64,000 nucleotides of DNA from assembly GCA_963693365.1 (NCBI GenBank), contig CAVNZM010000010.1:8681794-8745793 (forward strand), given 5' to 3'. Positions 35,775 to 64,000 of this stretch are shown here, one piece after another (position 1 is the first letter of the stretch; each line of letters begins with the position of its first letter). The position numbers and the translations under genes were made by a program. A model generated the notes under the pieces. The model had not been told where the DNA came from. It saw only the letters and a program-made list of their open reading frames with translations, and did not search any database. The stretch is from Amoebidium appalachense. Lineage: Eukaryota; Protista; Ichthyosporea.

Positions 35775-36618
35775 TCACGTTGGTACACGTGTACATGTGG
35801 GTGTACGCATGCATGGTAACCTCTTTTTCATGAGAAAGATTGGAAAGATCCAACAGTCGCCCTTGACATCTCTGGAAGTAAGGAGGGTGCCAAAACACGA
35901 TATACACCAAAAGTCAACAGAATGAGCTGTCTCTGCCACAGTGTAAGTGCCGTGGCGTGAGCAGTTGTGAGACCATGTGGACTGAGACAGAGTCCCCCAG
36001 CTGTCACCCGCTGTGTGCATCAGTGAGACAGCCAGAGATCACATCGACTCCTTTGATTGGTGTATCTGATATTTACTCTTTTCATTGAATTAGATTCATT
36101 TATTAGTAGCCAATGGCTAGGTGGGGATTAGATCCGATGCATGAGCACGCGTGTGTCACTCAGTCACCAGCTGACCAGTTGATAGACAGACACAAATGTC
36201 TGCCAATAGCCAGCTGCAGCTTTCACACGTCATGCCTTTTTACATTTTACAGACACGAAAAATCTAAACGTGTACTTGCGCACAGATGTGCACTTCTTAC
36301 AGGAAAGATCTACTACCCACTACACGATATGTACATGCGTTCAGCACATGGAGCGCTTTGTTCTATGGTTTGCGCACACTGAACACTATGCTCCGCGATG
36401 GCGCAAACACTGTTTGCGCATACCCCTGATTCGATCACGTGCACTTTTCAAGTTCAACAGGCACTGCCACGAGTGTCGCTGAGCAGTGGACTCGAAAGAA
36501 GTTTTGGTTCAAGACTCTGCCTATGGTGATGACTAGGACCTAGCCCTGACCACCAAACACTCTAGTTTTGGGGGCAACTACAGTCGCTGTTTGGCCTCAA
36601 GGCGGCATAGGAGGCACC

Positions 36619-47859
<11,241 letters not shown>

Positions 47860-48043
47860 ACCCCGCCACCTTGAAATTTTCAAAGCACAAATGCCTGATG
47901 AAAACGGTGGGTTGGTGCCAATCGCCAAGCGCGGCATTGAAGTTAAATTTCTTTGGGTGATGACTACAACACACATACTGGTGAATGAATTTCACGAACT
48001 AGGACCCTGCTGGCCAGGCATATGGTTACGATATAATGTGGAT

Positions 48044-48284
48044 AGTATGTTGTGGAGATGTGTTGAATATATTTGGGATATGTGTATCGAGGTAGGCGTA
48101 TGTTGTGGAGATGTGTTGGATATATTTGGGATATGCGTGTCGAGATAGGCGTTTTCGAGATAGGCATATGTTGTGGAGATGTGTTGGATATATTTGGGAT
48201 ATGCGTGTCGAGATAGGCGTGTCGAGATAAGCGTATGTTGTGGAGATTTGTTGGATATTTTTGGGATATGCTTGTCGAGATAGG
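48044..48284 (+). repeat. ~53-68-bp minisatellite (4 copies) between convergent 3' ends
   Basis: Unit tatgttgtggagatgtgttggatatatttgggatatgcgtgtcgagataggcg. Confidence 0.85.
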
Positions 48285-48950
48285 CCAGGAAATCCACGTG
48301 GTGTGACCTATAGTCTGGCTTGCACGTGTGGTTTATTCACCCCATGCACCTGGAGCGTTACGGTGATGTTTTGCTTTTATTTAGTTTGGAATGACATTTT
48401 ACTTTATTTAACTTTTAATATATCTCAGCCACTAGTACTACCATATATGGTTGCTGATTGCCTTAATTTGGCAGTGGTGCAATCCCTCACATCATGCTCT
48501 CGGGACATCCCTACATGACAACCAACACCTCATCTTACACTGCTGTTACATATTTAGTCTTGTTTTGTGCAAATCGCGAATTTGGGCTACCACAATAACA
48601 TGAAACCAATAAAAATCTCTAGACAAAAGCGCACATAGATGTATAAGCCGCAAACGAAACCAATGCTAGCCCTGTAATTTTGGTCTATTTCACCGATTGT
48701 GGTCAAGGTGGGCATCATTGTGTTACTTTGGTCATTCACCCAAACCATAAAATGTCACCATCAACACGTGTGTGTAATCGTCTAAGATAAACACACAAGG
48801 TCACATTCACAACTACACAGTAATCAGATCTATAGATATGTACGGAAGAAAAAGATCCCACACAGGAACCCACGTAAGGCCGCCACCCCCCCAACACTGA
48901 CACACACACACACACACCATCACACAACCACACCCCGTGCATCACTTAGT

Positions 48951-51415
48951 CTAAGCCACGATCGAGTTAGTACGTGAATGCACCAGTGAACTCCTGCTAT
49001 GACTATTACTCAGGGACCCCCTATGCCCCCCCTGCTTGGCATGGAAGCAGGTATCACACACCCTCTGGGGCTCACTGCCGTAGCCCAGCTGGGGCAATTC
49101 TCTTATGCGGCCACTGCACTCCCCGCAGTACACTAGAAGGCATTGGCGACAGTGGTGCCGTCGACGGAGTAGAGTGAAGGGTTTCTGGCACCTGCGCGTG
49201 TGGGTGAGAACGTGCACGTGGTTTCGGGGGCCACAGGCCAGATCCTAGGCAGGTGATAAGGGGTTTCGAACGTAAGAAGAATAAAGAGCGAAAGGTTGGG
49301 CCACGGGGGGGGGGGGGGGGGGGGGGGTCAGATGCCTTACGGAGATCACGTACACATGGGGAAGCTGGGAGGGGGAGGGAACGGGGAGAGAAGGGGGGGG
49401 GTGTTTCAGGATCTGCTAAAGTAAATTAGCGTTGCAAAAGGAGAGGGGGGGGGGGGGGGTAGACAGGGAGGGGATTAAAGGGGACAGGGGGGGGGGGGGG
49501 GGGGAAGACAGGGAGAGAGGGAAAGGGTTGAATGTGCAGTAAAGGGCCGAATGCAGCAACAGGCAGCACATAAAAGGCAACAAATCAACAAGGAGCGAAA
49601 AGAAATGAACTGTGCAGTCGGCCAACCTAGGCCCCATGCCTTCATCACCCTTGTTTATGAACATCATGTGTGCATGTTCGCGCATGCACGTGTGTGTAAT
49701 GGTCCAGCTTATTGATCCCCTGAGCGGGTTGGGGACGGGTTGTCTGTGTGTGGAAGGGTGGGAGGGGGGAAAGAGGAAACCAAAAAAGGGTCGAAGCTAT
49801 TAGTTTAGAGAAGTAAAATTGCCAAATTTGAAAGAAAAAAAAGTTTCCACCTTTCAATCCCCAGAAGGAAAAGGTATCCGGGGAGTTCCGGGAATTGAAC
49901 CCGGGACCTCTCGTACCCTAAACGAGAATCATACCACTAGACCAAACTCCCTTGATGTGAATCCACAAATCCGTGCTGTTTTAGTAATAAAAAAATAATA
50001 AAAACGATTCCTAAACTGAGCTCAAACTTCCCTCTACAGTTGGGCTGTGCCACGCTGCGACATGCACAAGTACAGTATGTAGAGAAAAATGAATTCAAAA
50101 ACCCCGATGGAACCTGGTGAAGATGCAAACCTCTGGTAAGAAGGCCTTTTCCCAGTTGCAAGGTGTTCGCGCATGCATGAATTCGGAATACTAATTGGGC
50201 GCCTGGGCGTGTATGTATGTGTGTATGTGGTGTGTGGGTAAAAGTGTGTGCCACACTGCAGTGCGCCCGTTTGTGTGTGCACGTGTGTGTGTGTGGCAAG
50301 GTATGTGTGTGTTTGCGCGTGCGTGTGTCCTTAAAAAGTGCGGAAAGGAAGACAAAGGCATCCACCAACGGGTGAAATGCTATCGAGCTGACGAAGTGAC
50401 AGGAAACCCGAGAGGGGGGGAAGGGGGGGGGGGAGGGGGGGGGGGGGGGAGGGAGTGGGGGGAGGGGGGGGGGGGGGGGGGGGGGGGGTACGGGGAGGGG
50501 GGAGGACAAGCGTCAATATACCTGTTGCAGGCCTCGCAGGTGCTGTCGTCTTGCCACCGTGGTCGGAACAGAACAGGTGAAGGCACAGCGGCAGGTGGGG
50601 GTGGAGGGGGCACCTCCCCCCCGTACAGATACTTGGGTGCGGCCACAGTGAAAGGTATTACTAGGTGCCTGGCTGGGTGCGTGTTTGGAACACTACCCTC
50701 CACCACTGCACTGTAACTGTGTTGGCACAACTTACCACGCACGGACGTGGGCTGAGCATCTATCGGTATGGTGTAGGGAAGGCAAAGCTCCCCCCAGAAA
50801 AGGGGTGGAAGAGGGTCGATTGTATCTATGTGGATCTTCGTCTCCGTCATCTGCTCCCGCCCACACGTCACTACACTCAGGCGACTGTAAATCGTAACAG
50901 TAATGGGCGAGGTGGGGCCTACGGTTGTATTGTTTGCCTGCACACGAAGGAGAACCGTTTCACCGGGATGGTTCAATCGTGTGTTGCCTTGTGTGTCGCC
51001 GACTGACAGTGTTAATTTCTCCGACCCATCACCCATACTCGGTGTTTCCTCCAGCCCCAGGGTTGAGTGCATCTCTGGCTGCTCCCTCACCACCACCTTC
51101 TTGTGTGTTTTAAGACAGTCAGTCCCCACTGTGCATTTTGCTCTCATCCGATACTCAACACTCGCATGGTTCTTTTCCACTTTTAGACTGGTATGGAAGC
51201 TTCCAGGTGCTTCCTTTGGTAGGGCAAAAGCAAACGGTATTCTGTGCTCTCCTTGGGGGTATGTCTGTGCCGTGGTGGCCTCTTTGAAATAGAGGCGACG
51301 GTAGTCTTTGAGTGGACGAACAGCAGTAACAGACCCGTCGCCTTTAGCCTGCCACAAAAAGAACTCGTAAGGAGCCGCTCGAAACATGCAGATATGAAAC
51401 CAAAAGAGTGGACAT

Positions 51416-51451
<36 letters not shown>

Positions 51452-52159
51452 GAGGGGCGAGGGTGAAGGGGGGGGGGGGGGGGGGGGGGAGGGGGGGGAA
51501 TGACAAAGGTGGAAAGGGTGGCGGACAGAGTTGGCACATGAGGAGGTGTGAGAAATAAAGCGAGAAACACAGAAACCGAAGTGAAGACACAGCGAAGAAG
51601 AGGCTTTCGGGATGATTGGTGAGCGCATGTTCATCATAAGTTAGTGTGCAGTTGAGGTGGAAGGGGGAAGGGGCAACAAAAGCTACGCATCCGCCTTTGA
51701 AATGTTTAGAATGGAATTTCCATAGCTAGAGAAAGGTCACTACCGTTCTTGTATGTAGGCACACACACACAAAAAAAAAGCCAAAACACTGCATTTCCAA
51801 CGATAACCCAACACCCAACACCCACTCCTTAATAGCCACCTTACCTGAAAGGGCTCCTCCATGGCTGTACGCTCGTATCCCTCACAATCCACCACCACGC
51901 ATGCCTCCGCCTCCTCCGCCAGAGTCAGTACCACGTCACCCCTAACCGTCTCCCCTCCCTCAACCACCCCCTTCTCTAGCTCTATCCTTATGTGTCCCAG
52001 CCCCTCCTTATCAGGACACAGCCAATCCATGCTCGACTGGCGCTCCAAACTCTTGTTCTCCATCCCGTTGGCTGTATGTGCTCGGTCTGGTGAGGCACCG
52101 CGCAGTGTGAGTATGTGGTCACCTGCATTGGTGCCAGTGGCGTTGTCCGTGTGTGGCAT
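48951..52159 (-). CDS. Arrestin-domain protein with C-terminal FYVE zinc finger, 3 exons
   Basis: Exons 52159-51845 (GETVRGDVVL...CEGYE), 51348-50522 (GEHRIPFAFALPKEAPGSF...VEYRMRA; PGETV; WQDD) and 49191-48951 (CQKPFTLLRRRHHCRQC...CGECS...RVCDTC, FYVE signature). Confidence 0.88.
49880..49951 (-). tRNA. tRNA-Pro(AGG), inside intron 2 of the arrestin-FYVE gene
   Basis: Reverse complement GGGAGTTTGGTCTAGTGGTATGATTCTCGTTTAGGGTACGAGAGGTCCCGGGTTCAATTCCCGGAACTCCCC has a perfect acceptor stem, anticodon stem CTCGT/ACGAG, loop TTAGGGT and GTTCAA T-loop; TTTT follows downstream. Confidence 0.95.
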
Positions 52160-52825
52160 GCCGAGAATTCTCTTTATGCCGATGATGGGCTAACAACATG
52201 GGTCAAGGCCAAGATTATGGCTGTAGCGGTGACGTCTGCACAAGTAACAGACTTGTTTCGAGTTTCCCTATTGTGTGCACCTCAACTACCATAACATGTG
52301 CATTTGCGTGTCTCGCCTCGTGACAACATGTGTAACAAGTTGAACTCAATGAGACCTGCGGATGCACATGTGGCATCCTTCAATGGTTCTTCTCGCGCCT
52401 GTTTGTGTTTTATCAAAGAGATTATTGCCCTCCTCAGGGTCACATGCGCCTGATTGGCTCGATGTGCATTCACAGAAATCCCCCACAACTTCCAACGTTT
52501 GCAAGTCGACCCATTTTGCCGCAGTGTGGAATTTATATCATTTCCAAAACGTCTGGTAAAAAATTGGAAATGATACAGCTAAAACCATTATAAAATCGTT
52601 GCTGTAACGCATAGGTAGCAAATCTAGAATTATTCACCACAAAAAAGAGGTTTATATGATTTGGAAACGACCCCGAGGCTGGCGAGGCATCATTCAGTCA
52701 TAAAAGTCGTCATCACACGCCCCACCACAAAAGACTTGGGGGATTCTCTCATAATCGGAAGTTCGTACCCAGTTCTGATTGGCTTTGTCGACACCACATG
52801 GACTGAAGAATTTACATATACGCAT

Positions 52826-53021
52826 GGGGTTTACGCTGTTTACTCGAGGCAAAGAGAACCAGTCTCAGGTAGGGGGGGGGGGGGTTTGCTCGGAATATCC
52901 CCTCAGCGGTATATCATGATCACGTACATAGATGTCGGGTGGTGACTATATATCAGGGTTTACTTTCTCTACGAGACACCATAAAGACTACAAGGAGAAA
53001 TCAATTAGTTGGGGTTCCCCG

Positions 53022-53054
<33 letters not shown>

Positions 53055-53086
53055 GGGCTCCCCTCGGGACACTCGGTATCAGCTGG

Positions 53087-53133
<47 letters not shown>

Positions 53134-53251
53134 TGTGTGTGTGTTTGTGTGTGTGTGTGCGCGTGCGCTATAATTTTGTAGTGATGTGTTTCTCAAGCCA
53201 ATCAATACCACACACACAACCAGCTGATACCGAGTGTCCCGAGGGGAGCCC

Positions 53252-53299
<48 letters not shown>

Positions 53300-53495
53300 G
53301 GGGAACCCCAACTAATTGATTTCTCCTTGTAGTCTTTATGGTGTCTCGTAGAGAAAGTAAACCCTGATATATAGTCACCACCCGACATCTATGTACGTGA
53401 TCATGATATACCGCTGAGGGGATATTCCGAGCAAAACCCCCCCCCCCCATACCTGAGACTGGTTCTCTTTGCCTCGAGTAAACAGCGTAAACCCC
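52826..53495. mobile_element. Foldback/MITE-type non-autonomous DNA transposon with ~270-bp near-perfect TIRs
   Basis: 52826-~53097 is the reverse complement of ~53208-53495, differing mainly in homopolymer lengths. Termini GGGGTTTACG...CGTAAACCCC, flanked by AT on both sides; the ~110-bp spacer is mostly (GT)n. Confidence 0.9.
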
Positions 53496-53993
53496 ATCTA
53501 ATAAACAGGTCGTAGTTACGCGTGTTTAGTATAAAATCAAGGATGTTGTAATTTACAGGTAGGCTATCTTTCTGGGTGTCTGTTGTGAATGTGACGTGTG
53601 TGTGTTGCGGTATTATGTGGTCTATCAAACTACATTTGGCGATACATGACCGGTTAAACTGGTGTGTGTGTGTGTTGTTTGGGCATGCAAATGATGCCAC
53701 CTTATACTTATTAGATCTCCACTGTATAGCACGTGTACAGTAAAAGCGTGGTAATTGATCAATAATACCATCAGCTAGAGAAAGACCAGTTCTACAGGAA
53801 GGTAATATGTATTTAGGTGTTATACACTTGCGAGTGCCATATTTGGCAATATGGTTGAGGCGGTCAGTATATATAAAACGAGACATAAGGCTTAGTTATA
53901 CGCATACTCGCCGACTCAGGGACCAAAAAAAAAAAAAAAAAAAAAAAAAAAGGACACACTGACACAGTACACAGCAGCTACCTCCCCCCCCCC

Positions 53994-54031
<38 letters not shown>

Positions 54032-54109
54032 CGGTCCCCAACATCGCCCCTTCTCCCCCACTTTCTCACGCTCTCCACGCCTCTCTCAAGTGTCTACCTC
54101 CCTTTATCT

Positions 54110-54145
<36 letters not shown>

Positions 54146-54209
54146 TTCCCCCCAGCCCCTCAGTCCTCCACCCGGGCCCCGGCCCGCTACAAACACGCGC
54201 GCGTGCCCC

Positions 54210-54296
<87 letters not shown>

Positions 54297-55015
54297 CCAG
54301 CCGGGCACACACACACAAACACACATCTCTACCTTTCAAAATCAAGGCCTCCTTATCTGAGGCCCTGTTCAAAATTCGCACTTTGGCCCTCTCTCCATCT
54401 ACCCCTGTATAAATGTCCCTTTAGCGCTCTATTTGACAGACACACACAAGCACACTCACGCACACACACACTCCCTGTCTTTCCGTCTCCCCATTCCTCT
54501 CTTCTCTCCCCCTTCATACACGCACACACTCCCCCCCCCCCCCCCCCTCAATCTCCCCCTCTCTCTCTCTCTTGATTCTCTCTCCCTCTCTCTCGCTCCC
54601 TCTCTAACTCCCCCCCCCCTCCTATCCTCTTTCTCCCCCCCCCCCCCCCCTCCCTCCCCCACCCCATCCCGACTCTCTTCACCCCCCCCCCCCTTTCCCC
54701 TCCCCCCGCCCCCATCCCCCACTTTTTGCCCCCCCCTCCCCCCCCCCCCCCCCCCCCCAAACACACACACGCACACCCTCCCCCCTTTTTTGGGGAGATA
54801 ATGGGTGGCATATTTCAAAAGACAGCTGCTGCATAAATATATTGAGCAGCATAAATATTGCCAGACAAAAAGATGTACTCATAGCAAAGAACATCAGGCC
54901 CTCAGAGTCGGACACAGCCTTGCATCGTTGGTTGGAGTTACAAATTGTACGTCACTTAGACACTACAAGCCAGAAATACGCGGGGCAACTACCACTTCAG
55001 TATAGCCAAAACCTT

Positions 55016-55080
<65 letters not shown>

Positions 55081-55088
55081 GGAAGACG

Positions 55089-55120
<32 letters not shown>

Positions 55121-55141
55121 GGCGGGCGGGCGGGCGGGCCG

Positions 55142-55195
<54 letters not shown>

Positions 55196-55976
55196 TTTCA
55201 GTTTTCTTCACAAGCTCATTCTGCCGGTGCTTTCTCCGATATGTGTCTGAGCATACAAGATTCCCTGCAAGCAAGTTTACAGTTAACATACAATGTTCAC
55301 GGTTACATACACTTTCCAGCTGCCTGCCTTTGAAACGGAGTTCTGAGCATTTCAAGGAGACTTTTCATGTAGGAGAGGTTGACAAGTCGATCAGAGACAA
55401 ATGGGAGGTTTGCCCGCCAAAATCAAGCTAACCCAATCAGATGGCTGAGCCACTATGTTTGGCCAATAGGAAAAGGCCAAGGACACTGTCACACTATAGT
55501 ACTGACAAGCATGTCCCAACAACTCCGCAACAGAACCACACGTTCCTAAAGCTTCGTGACGAGTCTCACTAAGTTTGCCAAAGCCGTTAGCAGACTGGGT
55601 AAAGGGCATAGTATGGTTAGGCTGGTGAAACGCTGACATGCAGATAGAGCAAGTATGTTATATGGTGGGGTTGTCTGGTTAGTACGTAAGAGAGATGTAG
55701 GATGAGGCACGTGTCTTGCATGTTTACCAGTATCTAACTCACAATAATCTGTCCCACGATTCTGTACCCAGTCTTTCTTGAGGACATTCAGCGATTTTCT
55801 TTTCCTTCCTAGTAAACAAGCGATTAATAACCCCACTCTCAAAATCTGGAGAGAGGAGGGGAGCACCCAAAGCCGCACGCACTTGTACATTCACTCCCAA
55901 TCGACACCCCTGATGGTCCCCACACCCCTTCACTTCCACCAACAGGGGCCCAACCCCATGTAAGGGAACCGCTGCC

Positions 55977-64000
<8,024 letters not shown>

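Noticed and set aside
53900-55330. Possible exons among poly-C/poly-G tracts upstream of POLG (e.g. 54842-55005)
   Set aside because: No recognisable homology or consistent splice pattern.

Overview
Intron-rich eukaryotic DNA. A Pol-gamma homologue points to an opisthokont, and DIS3L, THAP, PDZ and UPF0690-like genes suggest a probably unicellular holozoan (inference). Nearly all ORF-track entries are translations of intronic poly-C/poly-G and (CA)n tracts, so I rebuilt genes by hand from GT/AG-bounded, phase-compatible exons. Genes found: 3' part of DIS3L (+), a PDZ-domain exon (-), an ARM-like/His-repeat/MYND gene (-), a UPF0690-like gene (+), an intronless THAP ORF (+), an inverted pair of secreted tyrosinase paralogues, NOC4 (+), an arrestin-FYVE gene (-) with an intronic tRNA-Pro(AGG), and the 5' half of a mitochondrial DNA polymerase gamma (+). 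One tyrosinase is interrupted by a miniature copia-type LTR element and the other is pseudogenised. There are also two MITE-like inverted-repeat elements. Most notable: (1) all three proofreading-exonuclease motifs of the Pol-gamma homologue appear degenerate, including the Asp-to-Ala change equivalent to the engineered mtDNA-mutator allele; (2) several unrelated intronic minisatellites are tandem copies of the branch-site/3' splice-site region, creating arrays of decoy acceptors. All alignments were made by eye and need confirmation.
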